DNA of 64,000 bases from Longimicrobiales bacterium (GTDB lineage Bacteria; Gemmatimonadota; Gemmatimonadetes; Longimicrobiales; Gaopeijiaceae): the NCBI GenBank assembly GCA_041690395.1, contig JAWLHJ010000004.1:32001-96000 (forward strand), given 5' to 3'. Positions within the stretch are counted from its first letter, which is position 1. Every line of letters starts with the position of its first letter. The position numbers were made by a program, and so were the translations under genes. The notes below the pieces were generated by a model. That model did not search any database, was not told the DNA's origin, and saw nothing but the letters and a program-made list of their open reading frames with translations. Shown one piece after another: positions 30,278-39,795 of the stretch.

Positions 30278-30292
30278 GCATCAACCGGGCCA
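30278..30292 (-). promoter_or_regulatory. Putative sigma54 -24/-12 promoter for the M48 protease
   Basis: TGGCCCG-GTTG-ATGC (GG-N10-GC) about 70 nt upstream of the ATG. Confidence 0.45.
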
Positions 30293-30298
30293 CGCATC

Positions 30299-30631
30299 AT
30301 GCGAAACACCTTCCATACCCTCGGGGTCGTCGCCCTGTGCCTCCTGGTCGTGTCCGGATGCGACGATCGCCCCAGTGAGCGGGACCTCGCGGTCTCCCGG
30401 GCCCGCTTCGTCGACACCTACGTGGACCTCAGGGTCGAGGCGCTCCGCGCCGAAACCGAAACGCTGACCGACAGCGCACGCGCGACAGTGCTGCGCCGGC
30501 ACGGCGTAACGGAGGACGAGCTGCTCGACTTCGCCGAAGCGATGGGCGGGGACCTCGACTACATGCGGGACGTCTGGAACGAGATCGAAGCCCGCCTCGA
30601 CTCCCTCCCCCCGACGACGGAAACGCCCTGA
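30299..30631 (+). CDS. Small helical lipoprotein (DUF4296-like)
   Basis: VSGC lipobox; VL.RHGVTE.E pattern. Confidence 0.7.
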   Translation: MRNTFHTLGVVALCLLVVSGCDDRPSERDLAVSRARFVDTYVDLRVEALRAETETLTDSARATVLRRHGVTEDELLDFAEAMGGDLDYMRDVWNEIEARLDSLPPTTETP

Positions 30632-30634
30632 GCC

Positions 30635-31234
30635 TCAGCTCGGCAGCTTGAACCCGACGGCCAAGGCGTCCCGGTCGCCGAACGTGGCGCCGAAGCGGAT
30701 CATCCAGCCAGACGTCAGGACGATGTCACCGCCGACATCGAAGGCGCCGGCGAAATCGACGCTATCACCGTCTCCGGACGCGAAGTCGAGGGCCACGTGC
30801 CCCCCTCCGTAGGGGCTGAAGATGACCCCGCTGTCGGACGATCCGCTCCACCCTACGATGATCCCGAGCGGCACGCTGACGACCGTCTCGTTCCCCACCC
30901 CGGCTCCAAGCCCGGACCACCAGGCCACGTCGATGTCGGCGTTCTCCACGCCGCGGGCGAGGAAGCCGGAGACGTCCACGCCACCGGCGATGACCGCATC
31001 GCCGGGATCGTACTCCTCGGTCACGGCGAAGCGGTAGCCGAGACCCACGGGGCCGGCTTCGTGTCGAAGGGTGGCCAGCACCCCGAGGCGGTCGCCGGTC
31101 CCGTTCAGGAAGAAGAGGCTCATTCCGGAGGGAGCGACCGGGCTGATGAACGCAGGGCTGTCCCACGCGATCTGGGCCGAAGCCGGCGTGGCCAGCACGA
31201 GGACGGCGAATAGGGCGAGGACGGACCGTTTCAA
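30635..31234 (-). CDS. Probable small outer-membrane beta-barrel protein
   Basis: TTG start with GGAG RBS; signal peptide ending ASA-Q; alternating G/aromatic beta strands; near-terminal VGFKL. Confidence 0.7.
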   Translation of the reverse strand: MKRSVLALFAVLVLATPASAQIAWDSPAFISPVAPSGMSLFFLNGTGDRLGVLATLRHEAGPVGLGYRFAVTEEYDPGDAVIAGGVDVSGFLARGVENADIDVAWWSGLGAGVGNETVVSVPLGIIVGWSGSSDSGVIFSPYGGGHVALDFASGDGDSVDFAGAFDVGGDIVLTSGWMIRFGATFGDRDALAVGFKLPS

Positions 31235-31309
31235 GGAACTCTCCCGGGGTTCACGAGGTAGCGTGCGGCGCGGTATGCGCCTGGTATCGAACATTCCTAC
31301 ACGTGAGGT

Positions 31310-31325
31310 TGCAAGTGGCGTTCCA
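31310..31325 (-). promoter_or_regulatory. Putative sigma54 -24/-12 promoter for the beta-barrel gene
   Basis: TGGAACG-CCAC-TTGCA, one mismatch to TGGCACG-N4-TTGCW. Confidence 0.6.
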
Positions 31326-31707
31326 ACGTGTCTACACGGGTGCACCCTGGGAAGAGCGGGTCGGGTATTGCCGGGCGCTGCGCGCGGGCGAACGGATCTT
31401 CGTGACGGGAACCGTGGCGGTGGAGCCCGACGGCTCGGTTCACGGCCCCGGCGACGGGTACCGGCAGGCGGTTCGCGCGCTCGAGATCATCCGCGGCGCG
31501 CTCGAGGAGCTCGGCGCCGGCCCCGAGCACGTGACACGCACGCGCATGTTCGTCACGGACATCGAGCGCTGGGAGGAATACGGGCGCGCCCACGCCGAAT
31601 TCTTCGGGGAGCACCGCCCGGCCACGACGATGGTCGAGGTGAGCCGGCTCATGGACCCGGCCATGCTCATCGAGATCGAGGCGGACGCGGTGGTCCTGCA
31701 GGAGTGA
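31315..31707 (+). CDS. Rid (YjgF/UK114) family protein of the Arg-less subfamily
   Basis: WEERVGYCRA, VTGT, PATTMVEV (Thr where RidA has its catalytic Arg), IEIEADA. Confidence 0.9.
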   Translation: MAFQRVYTGAPWEERVGYCRALRAGERIFVTGTVAVEPDGSVHGPGDGYRQAVRALEIIRGALEELGAGPEHVTRTRMFVTDIERWEEYGRAHAEFFGEHRPATTMVEVSRLMDPAMLIEIEADAVVLQE

Positions 31708-31720
31708 CGCGCCCCCGCGC

Positions 31721-33271
31721 TCACTCCCACTCGATCGTGGCCGGCGGCTTCGAGCTGATGTCGTAGGTCACCCGGTTCACGCCCCGCACCTCGTTGATGA
31801 TACGCGTCGAGATCCGCGCGAGCACGTCGTGCGGGAACGGGTACCAGTCCGCGGTCATGCCGTCGCGTGACGTGACGGCCCGGAGAGCGAGCACGTTCTC
31901 ATAGGTGCGGGCGTCGCCCATGACGCCCACCGACTGGACCGGAAGCAGCACCGCGAACGCCTGCCAGATCTCGTCGTACAGACCCGCTTCGCGGATCTCC
32001 TCCAGGTAGATCGCGTCGGCCTCGCGCAGGACCGCGAGCCGCTCCGGCGTCACGTCGCCCAGGATCCGGATGGCGAGGCCCGGGCCCGGGAACGGATGCC
32101 GTCCCACGAAGTCCTCGGGAAGACCGAGCTCCCGTCCGACCTGCCGCACCTCGTCCTTGAAGAGCTCCCGCAGGGGCTCGACGAGCTCGAAGGGGAGATC
32201 CTCCGGAAGGCCGCCCACGTTGTGGTGGGTCTTGATGGTCACGGACGGTCCGCCGACCGACACGGACTCGATCACGTCCGGGTACAGCGTGCCCTGCACC
32301 AGGAAGGCCGCGTCGGTCCCCTCCCGGTCCGCCGTGTCACGGAACACCTCGATGAACCGGTTCCCGATCGCCTTTCGCTTCGCCTCCGGGTCCGTCACGC
32401 CCTTCAGATCCTCGAGGAATGCTTCGGAAGCGTCCTCCACGACCAGCCGCATGTCGTAGTGGCTCCGGAACATCCGCTCCACCTGCTCCCGCTCGTGCTT
32501 CCGGAGCAGCCCGTGGTCCACGAAGATGCATGTGAGGCGGTCGCCGATGGCGCGGTGCACGAGCACGGCCGCGACCGACGAGTCCACTCCGCCGGAGAGC
32601 CCGCAGATGGCGCGCCGGTCACCGATCTGCTCACGGATACGGTCGATGGTGTCTTCGATGAACGCTCCGGCCGTCCAGGTCGGGCGGCATCCCGCGACCT
32701 CGAACAGGAAGTTGGAGAGGATCTCGTCGCCCCGGTGCGTATGCGCAACTTCGGGGTGGAACTGGACTCCGTAGATCTTCCGCGCCGTGTCCGCGAAGGC
32801 GGCCACGGGCAACGTCTTCGTGGAGGCGAGAGGCTGGAAGCCGGGCGGCGGCTCGAGCACGTGGTCGCCGTGGGAGCACCAGACGGTGGTCGACTCGCCC
32901 GGGTCGAATCCGGCGAACAGGTTCTCTCCGTGTCGCACGTCGAGCTCGGCTCGCCCATATTCGCGCTTCCCCTGCTCCACTTTCGCCCCCTCCAGCAGGG
33001 CGATGAGCTGCATCCCGTAACAGATGCCGAGGACGGGGAAGCCCGCGTCCAGGAGTTCCTTGTCGATACTGGGGACGCCCTCGTCGTACACGGACGACGG
33101 TCCCCCGCTCAGGATGACCGCCTTGGGCCCCCACTCACGGATCCACTCCAGGGAGCGGGTCGGTGGATGGATCTCGCAGTAGACGCGCTCCTCGCGGATG
33201 CGGCGGGCGATCAGCTGGGTGAACTGCGATCCGAAGTCGAGGATCAGAACCTTGTCGTGCTCCTGGCTCAT
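31721..33271 (-). CDS. guaA: GMP synthase (glutamine-hydrolysing)
   Basis: [43 protein letters not shown]. Confidence 0.99.
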   Translation of the reverse strand: MSQEHDKVLILDFGSQFTQLIARRIREERVYCEIHPPTRSLEWIREWGPKAVILSGGPSSVYDEGVPSIDKELLDAGFPVLGICYGMQLIALLEGAKVEQGKREYGRAELDVRHGENLFAGFDPGESTTVWCSHGDHVLEPPPGFQPLASTKTLPVAAFADTARKIYGVQFHPEVAHTHRGDEILSNFLFEVAGCRPTWTAGAFIEDTIDRIREQIGDRRAICGLSGGVDSSVAAVLVHRAIGDRLTCIFVDHGLLRKHEREQVERMFRSHYDMRLVVEDASEAFLEDLKGVTDPEAKRKAIGNRFIEVFRDTADREGTDAAFLVQGTLYPDVIESVSVGGPSVTIKTHHNVGGLPEDLPFELVEPLRELFKDEVRQVGRELGLPEDFVGRHPFPGPGLAIRILGDVTPERLAVLREADAIYLEEIREAGLYDEIWQAFAVLLPVQSVGVMGDARTYENVLALRAVTSRDGMTADWYPFPHDVLARISTRIINEVRGVNRVTYDISSKPPATIEWE

Positions 33272-34731
33272 CAGTAGGCCCTCGCCCAGACGACCTCGGT
33301 GACCGCGTCGCGATCGCCCGAAACACACTTCGTCGGAGCGACGTCCGACCGGAACTCCTCGTCCGGAAGCACCCGGATGGTGGCCTTGGCCCGCGCCTTC
33401 ACCTCCTCCTCCACGGCCTCGTCCCCGCTCCAGCCTGTGTAGACGAAGCCCGCGCCCTGCTCGAACGCCTCCACGAGCTCGTCGACGGACGAGACGCCGC
33501 GCAGCGAGTTCGCGTCCCGTCGCGCCCGGACACCGTCCTTGAGCTCGGTCTGGAACGCTTCGAGAAGACCCGGGAGCTCGGTGATGGCCTGCTCTTCCGG
33601 GACGAACTGCTTCCGCTTCTCACCCTCGGGCACCAGACGGCGCGCGAGCGCGAGCTGACCCTTCTCGAGATCCTTCGGTCCGATCTCCACACGGTACGGG
33701 ACGCCCTTCCGCTCCCACTCGTAGTACTTGGCGCCCGGCGAGAGGTGGTCGCGCGCGTCGACCCGCACCCGCACCCCGAGATCGGTGAGTCGCTTCCTGA
33801 CCTCCTCGGTCTTCTCGAGCACCCGGGCATCGGCGTCTCCCCGGAGAATCGGAACGATGACCGCCTGGACCGGGGCGAGACGCGGCGGCAGAACGAGCCC
33901 GTCATCGTCGCCGTGGGTCATGACGAGCCCCCCCACGAGCCGCGTGGACACGCCCCACGACGTGTTCCAGGCGTACTCCTCCTGTCCGGCTTCGGACTGG
34001 AACTTCAGGTCGAACTGCTTCGCGAAGTTCTGCCCGAGGAAGTGCGACGTGCCGGCCTGGAGCGCCTTGTTGTCCTGCATGAGCGCTTCACAGGCATAGG
34101 TGCGCACGGCGCCGGCGAAGGTCTCGGACGGCGACTTGAGCCCGGTCAGGGGCGGCATGGCGATCCAGTCCTCCATGAACGTCCGGTAGACGCCGAGCAT
34201 GGTGCGGGTCTCCTCCTCGGCCTCCTCCGCGGTCGCGTGGGCCGTGTGCCCCTCCTGCCAGAGGAACTCCGAGGTGCGCAGGAAGAGCCGCGTCCTGAGC
34301 TCCCACCGCATGACGTTCGCCCACTGGTTCATGAGGATGGGCAGGTCGCGGTAGCTCTGCACCCACTTCGCGTACATCGAGTAGATGATGGTCTCGGACG
34401 TCGGACGGATGGCGTAGGGCTCCTCGAGCTCCTTCCCGCCGGCCCGGGTCACGATCGCGAGCTCCGGCGCGAAGCCCTCGATGTGCTGCTTCTCCTTCTC
34501 GATGAAGCTCATCGGGATGAGGAGCGGGAAGTACGCGTTCTCGTGCCCGGTCGCCTTGAACATGTCGTCGAGCGCGCGCTGCATGAGCTCCCAGATGCCG
34601 TAGCCCCAGGGCCGGATGACCATGCTCCCGCGCACGGGCGAGTGGTCCGCGAGCTCGGCCCGCTGGACCAGCTCGTTGTACCAGGCCGAGAAATCTTCGG
34701 AGCGTGGCGTGAGCTTCTTGTCGTCGGTCAT
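33271..34731 (-). CDS. proS: Proline--tRNA ligase, archaeal/eukaryote-like type
   Basis: [37 protein letters not shown]-terminal ARAY. Confidence 0.97.
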   Translation of the reverse strand: MTDDKKLTPRSEDFSAWYNELVQRAELADHSPVRGSMVIRPWGYGIWELMQRALDDMFKATGHENAYFPLLIPMSFIEKEKQHIEGFAPELAIVTRAGGKELEEPYAIRPTSETIIYSMYAKWVQSYRDLPILMNQWANVMRWELRTRLFLRTSEFLWQEGHTAHATAEEAEEETRTMLGVYRTFMEDWIAMPPLTGLKSPSETFAGAVRTYACEALMQDNKALQAGTSHFLGQNFAKQFDLKFQSEAGQEEYAWNTSWGVSTRLVGGLVMTHGDDDGLVLPPRLAPVQAVIVPILRGDADARVLEKTEEVRKRLTDLGVRVRVDARDHLSPGAKYYEWERKGVPYRVEIGPKDLEKGQLALARRLVPEGEKRKQFVPEEQAITELPGLLEAFQTELKDGVRARRDANSLRGVSSVDELVEAFEQGAGFVYTGWSGDEAVEEEVKARAKATIRVLPDEEFRSDVAPTKCVSGDRDAVTEVVWARAY

Positions 34732-35036
34732 GATTCGTTCTCGCGTTCCGCGCGCAGCTGTTCGAGGCGTCGGGCACGCCGGCGTTCGTCCCGGCGCAGG
34801 ATGGTCATGGCGATGGCTCCGGGGACCACGAAGAGGATCACGGACGCCACCACCCACGTAGGTCGGAAGGCGAATCCGAGCGGACCCGCCAGGAGGATCG
34901 CGATGAGCGCGCCCCCGATGGTCGCGAGGACACCCGCGCCCAGAAAGATGAACCACTCGAGGACGTCGAGACGTCGAATCGCCCGGGAGGTCACCTCCCG
35001 GGTGAGCCGGGCGGTCTCTTCGTCCGAGCGGTTCAC
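34728..35036 (-). CDS. Small two-TM membrane protein
   Basis: Two hydrophobic helices and a basic tail; 4-nt overlaps with hisS and proS. Confidence 0.75.
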   Translation of the reverse strand: MNRSDEETARLTREVTSRAIRRLDVLEWFIFLGAGVLATIGGALIAILLAGPLGFAFRPTWVVASVILFVVPGAIAMTILRRDERRRARRLEQLRAERENES

Positions 35037-36313
35037 GTCAACTCCGCGAGTCGGATCTCGCGCTCGGCTCCGTCGCCGAGATTGCGGGCCGTGACCACGC
35101 CACGTGCGAGCTCTTCGGGCCCCAGGATCAGCGCCTCGCGGGCGCCCTCCTTCCCCGCGGCCTTGAGCTGCTTGCCGACGCCCTGCTCCCGGAGCGCGTA
35201 CGCCACGCTGTGGCCCTTCGCCCGCAGCGCCTGCGCGATGCGGAGCGCCTCGGCCCGCTGCTCGGCCGTGACCGACACGACGAAGTAGTCGATGCGGTGC
35301 GTCACGTCCGGCACCAGCTCCCGATCCTGCAGGAGCTCACCCAGAACGACGTCGCCCATGCCGAAGCCGACGGCGGGCAGGGGCTCGCCGCCCACGAGCT
35401 CCAGCAGGCGGTCGTAGCGTCCGCCGCCGCAGATGGCGCGGAGCTCACCCTTGCGGTCGAACAGCTCGAAGACGATGCCGGTGTAGTACGCGAGCCCGCG
35501 GACGATCTTGAGGTCGACCTCGACGTAGTCGCCGAGCCCCATCGCCCGGAGGGTCGCCAGATACGAGGACAAGCGCTCGACGTACGGCCCGGCGTCGTCC
35601 CGCGAGGCGAACCGCGCCTCGATGGCCTCGATTCCGAAGTCCAGCGTGTCGAGGAGCTCCCGGGCGGAGGCGCCGGACATGCCGACCTCCCCCGTGAGCC
35701 GCTCGATGGTTCGATCCGCCGGCTCGCGCTCGACCTTGTCCACGACCCCGAACGCGGCCGGCAAGGCCTGCTCGCCTACGCCGAGCGCGTCGAGGATCGC
35801 GGTCAAGAGACGCCGGTCGGACACCCGCGCGTAGAAGTCCTCATGGCCGAGGCCGAGGTCTCGCAGCCCGTCGATGCCGACCGCCAGCACCTCGGCGTCG
35901 GCGGCCACGCTCTCCTCCCCGACGATGTCCACGTTCCATTGGAAGTGCTCCCGGAGGCGCCCCCGCTGCTGACGCTCGTAGCGGAACAGCTGGGGCATGG
36001 AGAACCACCGGATCGGCTTGCTCATCCCGCGGCTGCGCGCGCCCAGGATCCGGGCGAGGGACGGCGTCATCTCGGGCCGCAGTGCCACGTCCCGGCCGCC
36101 CTTGTCGGTGAAGTTGTAGAGCTGGCCGACGATCTCGTCCCCGCTCTTCTCCACATAGAGCTCCAGCGCCTCGAGCGGCGGACCGTCGTACTCGGCGAAA
36201 CCGTAGCGTACGGCCACGCGGCGCCACGACTCGAAGATCCGGTTGCGGACCGCGAGCTCTTCGGGCGGGAAGTCCCGGAAGCCGGGGAGTCTCTGGAAAT
36301 CGGGAGCGGACAT
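35033..36313 (-). CDS. hisS: Histidine--tRNA ligase
   Basis: GFRDF, LRPEMT, FRYERQQRGR.REH.Q, RGLAYYTG, GGGRYD. Confidence 0.98.
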   Translation of the reverse strand: MSAPDFQRLPGFRDFPPEELAVRNRIFESWRRVAVRYGFAEYDGPPLEALELYVEKSGDEIVGQLYNFTDKGGRDVALRPEMTPSLARILGARSRGMSKPIRWFSMPQLFRYERQQRGRLREHFQWNVDIVGEESVAADAEVLAVGIDGLRDLGLGHEDFYARVSDRRLLTAILDALGVGEQALPAAFGVVDKVEREPADRTIERLTGEVGMSGASARELLDTLDFGIEAIEARFASRDDAGPYVERLSSYLATLRAMGLGDYVEVDLKIVRGLAYYTGIVFELFDRKGELRAICGGGRYDRLLELVGGEPLPAVGFGMGDVVLGELLQDRELVPDVTHRIDYFVVSVTAEQRAEALRIAQALRAKGHSVAYALREQGVGKQLKAAGKEGAREALILGPEELARGVVTARNLGDGAEREIRLAELT

Positions 36314-36322
36314 AGGACGCGC

Positions 36323-36350
36323 AATCTATGGAACCCCCGCGCTAGTCCAA
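36323..36350 (-). promoter_or_regulatory. Putative sigma70 promoter giving a near-leaderless hisS mRNA
   Basis: TTGGAC-N16-TAGATT, 9 nt before the ATG, no SD. Confidence 0.55.
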
Positions 36351-36362
36351 AGGGGCCGGCCC

Positions 36363-37709
36363 TTACTCGTCGAAGCGCCGGAGCGGCTCTCGCCCGAGGA
36401 GTCTCATGACGCCACCCACCGTATGTACCGATCCGGTGACGATCACCGTGCCCCCCTCCGCCGCGGCCTTCACGCGCTCGAAGGCGCGCACGAAGTCCTC
36501 CTCGACTTCCACCCGGTTGGTCCCGGCGGCGCGCGCGGCCGCGGACGCCGGGTCCCAGCGTCGCTCGGGCGGCGCGGTCGGCGGTTGCGTGAGGACCGCG
36601 ACATCGACGCGCTCGAACAGCGGCGGGAGCATGGCGGCCCAGTCCTTGTCGCCCAGGACTCCGACGAGCGCCGCGTGCGGGCGAGGGAGATCGAGTGTGT
36701 CGATGGTGTCGACCAGGGAGCGGACGCCCGCCGTGTTGTGCGCCACGTCGAGCAGCCAGGTCACCCCGTCGATACGCTCGAGCTCGTCGCGCCCGTGATA
36801 CTCGACCTCGGCGATGCCCTGGAGCAGGGCGTCCTTCGAGGGACGCCGCTCGTCCGGCAGACGATCGAGCACCGAGACGGCCAACGCCGCGTTGGTGGCC
36901 TGGTGGCGTCCCACCAGCGGCGTATGGATTTCGACGTCGCCCCACGTCCCGGTCTCGATTCGGAACGACGTGCCGTCGGCCCCGACGACGACCTCACGGA
37001 CGGCGTCGGCCTCGACGTACGACATCAACGCACCCACCTCGTGGGCCACTTCCTCGAAGACCGCCCGGGGGCCCGGCGCCTGTTCCGCGGTCACGAACGG
37101 GACGTTCCGCTTCATGATGCCGGCCTTCTCCCGCGCGATCTCCTCGATCGTGTCTCCGAGGAAGTCGGAATGATCCATGGCGATGTTCGTGACCGCCGCG
37201 ACTTCGGGGACGATGACGTTGGTCGCGTCGAGGCGCCCGCCGAGCCCGACCTCCATCACCGCGAAGTCGACCCGCTCCCGCGCGAACACGTGGAACGCGA
37301 GGACCGTGACCGCCTCGAAGAAGGTGAGCCCGCATCCGATGACGACATCGTGGATCTCACGAGCCCGGGCGAGCAGAAGGTCGTCGGTGAGGGGCCGCCC
37401 GTCGATGAGGATCCGCTCCCGGAACGAGCAAAGGTGGGGGGACGTGTAGCACCCGGTGCGGCGTCCGTCGTGACGCAGCACGGAGGCCAGCGTCGTCGTC
37501 ACCGACCCCTTCCCGTTGGTTCCGCCCACGTGGATGGTGGGGTAGGCCCGGTGCGGATTCCCGAGCGCGGCGAGGGCCTGCTCGGTTCTCTCGAGACCCC
37601 AATGCACCCCGGTGGCGAGCGGCGGGAAGAGCCGCCGTACGAGCGGGTCCTGGAACGGCCGATCGAGGCGTTCCGGAGCGACCGGGGCGCTCCCGGCTAG
37701 GAGTCCCAA
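36363..37709 (-). CDS. folC: Folylpolyglutamate/dihydrofolate synthase (start uncertain)
   Basis: HVGGTNGKGS, YTSPHL, EVGLGGRLDATN, DVAHN, GDKD. Confidence 0.95.
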   Translation of the reverse strand: MGLLAGSAPVAPERLDRPFQDPLVRRLFPPLATGVHWGLERTEQALAALGNPHRAYPTIHVGGTNGKGSVTTTLASVLRHDGRRTGCYTSPHLCSFRERILIDGRPLTDDLLLARAREIHDVVIGCGLTFFEAVTVLAFHVFARERVDFAVMEVGLGGRLDATNVIVPEVAAVTNIAMDHSDFLGDTIEEIAREKAGIMKRNVPFVTAEQAPGPRAVFEEVAHEVGALMSYVEADAVREVVVGADGTSFRIETGTWGDVEIHTPLVGRHQATNAALAVSVLDRLPDERRPSKDALLQGIAEVEYHGRDELERIDGVTWLLDVAHNTAGVRSLVDTIDTLDLPRPHAALVGVLGDKDWAAMLPPLFERVDVAVLTQPPTAPPERRWDPASAAARAAGTNRVEVEEDFVRAFERVKAAAEGGTVIVTGSVHTVGGVMRLLGREPLRRFDE

Positions 37710-38545
37710 CCGACGTGCAGGTGTCGCAGGAGCGTCGCGATCTCGGCCTTGAGCTCCCTCCGGTCCACGACGCGGTCGACCATGCCGTGCTCCTTGAGGA
37801 ACTCGGCGCGCTGGAAGCCCTCCGGAAGCTCCTGGCGGATGGTCTCCTCGATCACCCGCGGGCCCGCGAAGCCGATGAGCGCTCCGGGCTCGGCCAGGTT
37901 CACATCGCCGAGCATCGAGAAGGACGCCGTCACTCCTCCGGTGGTCGGGTGCGTGAGCACCGAGATGAACGGAAGCCCCGCCTCGTGCAGCCGCCCCAAC
38001 ACCGCGGACGTCTTGGCCATCTGCATGAGCGAGAAGATGCCCTCCTGCATGCGTGCCCCGCCCGACGCGCTCACGATGACCAGCGGGAGCTGCCTCTCCA
38101 GGGCGATCCGGGCGACGCGAGCGATCTTTTCGCCCACGACCGATCCCATGGAACCGCCGATGAAGGAGAAGTCCATGACGGCGAGGCCGATCTCGATCCC
38201 GTCCAGGCGGCCGGTTCCGGTGACCACGGCCTCCTGCTTCCCCTTCGCTTCGGCCGCGCGGATGCGGTCCGCGTACGGTTTGAGGTCGGTGAACTCGAGA
38301 GGATCGGCCGCCCTGAGCCCCGCGTCGAGCTCCTCGAAGGTCGCGCTGTCGAGAAGGACGCTGACGTAGGCGTCCGCCGAGATCCTCAGATGGTGTCCAC
38401 ACGTAGGACAGACGTTGAGGTTCTGAGCGAGCCGCTCACGATAGAGGATCTCGCCGCAACCCGGACACTTGTCGAAGACGTCCGACGGAAGGTCGCGTCG
38501 GTCCTGCGCGTTGAGGGGCTTCTTGTCCTTACGGAACCAAGCCAT
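37697..38545 (-). CDS. accD: Acetyl-CoA carboxylase carboxyltransferase beta subunit
   Basis: CxxC-CxxC zinc finger, GGSMGSVVGE, SGGARMQEG, PTTGGV.AS, GFAGPRVI. Confidence 0.98.
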   Translation of the reverse strand: MAWFRKDKKPLNAQDRRDLPSDVFDKCPGCGEILYRERLAQNLNVCPTCGHHLRISADAYVSVLLDSATFEELDAGLRAADPLEFTDLKPYADRIRAAEAKGKQEAVVTGTGRLDGIEIGLAVMDFSFIGGSMGSVVGEKIARVARIALERQLPLVIVSASGGARMQEGIFSLMQMAKTSAVLGRLHEAGLPFISVLTHPTTGGVTASFSMLGDVNLAEPGALIGFAGPRVIEETIRQELPEGFQRAEFLKEHGMVDRVVDRRELKAEIATLLRHLHVGWDS

Positions 38546-38559
38546 AGCGCTTCCGGAGC

Positions 38560-39795
38560 TTATCTCTCGTGGGCCACGCGCACCGCGATCGCCACCGCGA
38601 CCCACGACATGAAGAGGAACGTCCCGCCGTAGCTGACGAAGGGCAGCGGGATGCCGGTGATCGGCACGAGGCCGATGGTCATGCCGATGTTCACGAAGAC
38701 ATGGACCAGCCAGGCGCCGAAGATACCGAGAAGGACGAGGCCGGCAAAGGGATCGGACGCGTCGTCGGCCATCTTCACGAGCCTGCTGAGCACGTAGGCG
38801 AACACCGCGATGGCCAGGACGGTGCCCCGAAAGCCCAGCTCCTCTCCGACCACGCTGAAGATGAAGTCGGTATGCTGCTCGGGCAGGAAGTCGAAGCGTT
38901 TCTGGGGACCCATCGTGAAGCCCTGACCGGTGAGTCCGCCGCTTCCGACGGCCACCATCGACTGGATCAGCTGATACCCGGCGCCCCTCGGATCGACCTC
39001 GGGATCCAGGAAGACCAGGATCCGGTTCCGCTGGTACTCCGCGAGAGAGCTCCAGAGCGGACGCGCGATGGTCCCGGCCGCGAAGTTCGCCAGCACCACC
39101 GCCACCGACTCCGCCAGGAAGAGGCGGTACCGGTAAAGATAGAGGAAGCCGATGAGCCCCACGATATACCACGACCAGATCGTGATATCGAACGCCAGTA
39201 CCAGCGCCGCCACGGGGCTGAGCACGAGCAGGAGCAAGGCGATCGGTGCGCCCGCCCAGAACAGCATCGCGAACAGGATGCCGACGAACGCCATGGCCGT
39301 GCCGAGATCCGGCTGGAGGAGGACGAGCACGACCGGGAGGCCGACGAGCGCCGCCGGGACCAGGAAGTCCCGAAGGGACGAAAGGGGGCGCTCGCGCTGG
39401 GCCAGGAAGCGGGCCAGCGCCAGGATCGTCGCCAGCTTCGCGACCTCGGACGGCTGGAAGCGGATGAAGCCCAGGTCGATCCAACTCCTGACCCCCGCCG
39501 CCGTTCCGGCTCCGGTGCCCACGACGAGCGTGGCGGCCAGGAGGACGACGCTGACCACGTAGGACGGCGCGGCCACCCATTCCAACCAGCGGGCCGGCAC
39601 GCGCGTGAGCAGCGTGAAAGCGATGAGGGCGAGCGCGAACCAGACCGCCTGGCGGATCCACGCCGTGTCCGTGACCGGATTCGGCACATGGACCTCGCCC
39701 GCCGAATAGATCATGGCGATCCCGAAGAGCGTCAGGAGCACGACACCCGGCACGAACCAGGGATCGACCGACCAGACCCGGAGGAGGCGCCTCAC
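38560..39795 (-). CDS. rodA: SEDS peptidoglycan glycosyltransferase RodA
   Basis: FQPSEVAK, LQPDLGT, PEQHTDFIF, GIPLPFVSYGG; lies in the mreBCD-mrdA operon. Confidence 0.97.
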   Translation of the reverse strand: MRRLLRVWSVDPWFVPGVVLLTLFGIAMIYSAGEVHVPNPVTDTAWIRQAVWFALALIAFTLLTRVPARWLEWVAAPSYVVSVVLLAATLVVGTGAGTAAGVRSWIDLGFIRFQPSEVAKLATILALARFLAQRERPLSSLRDFLVPAALVGLPVVLVLLQPDLGTAMAFVGILFAMLFWAGAPIALLLLVLSPVAALVLAFDITIWSWYIVGLIGFLYLYRYRLFLAESVAVVLANFAAGTIARPLWSSLAEYQRNRILVFLDPEVDPRGAGYQLIQSMVAVGSGGLTGQGFTMGPQKRFDFLPEQHTDFIFSVVGEELGFRGTVLAIAVFAYVLSRLVKMADDASDPFAGLVLLGIFGAWLVHVFVNIGMTIGLVPITGIPLPFVSYGGTFLFMSWVAVAIAVRVAHER

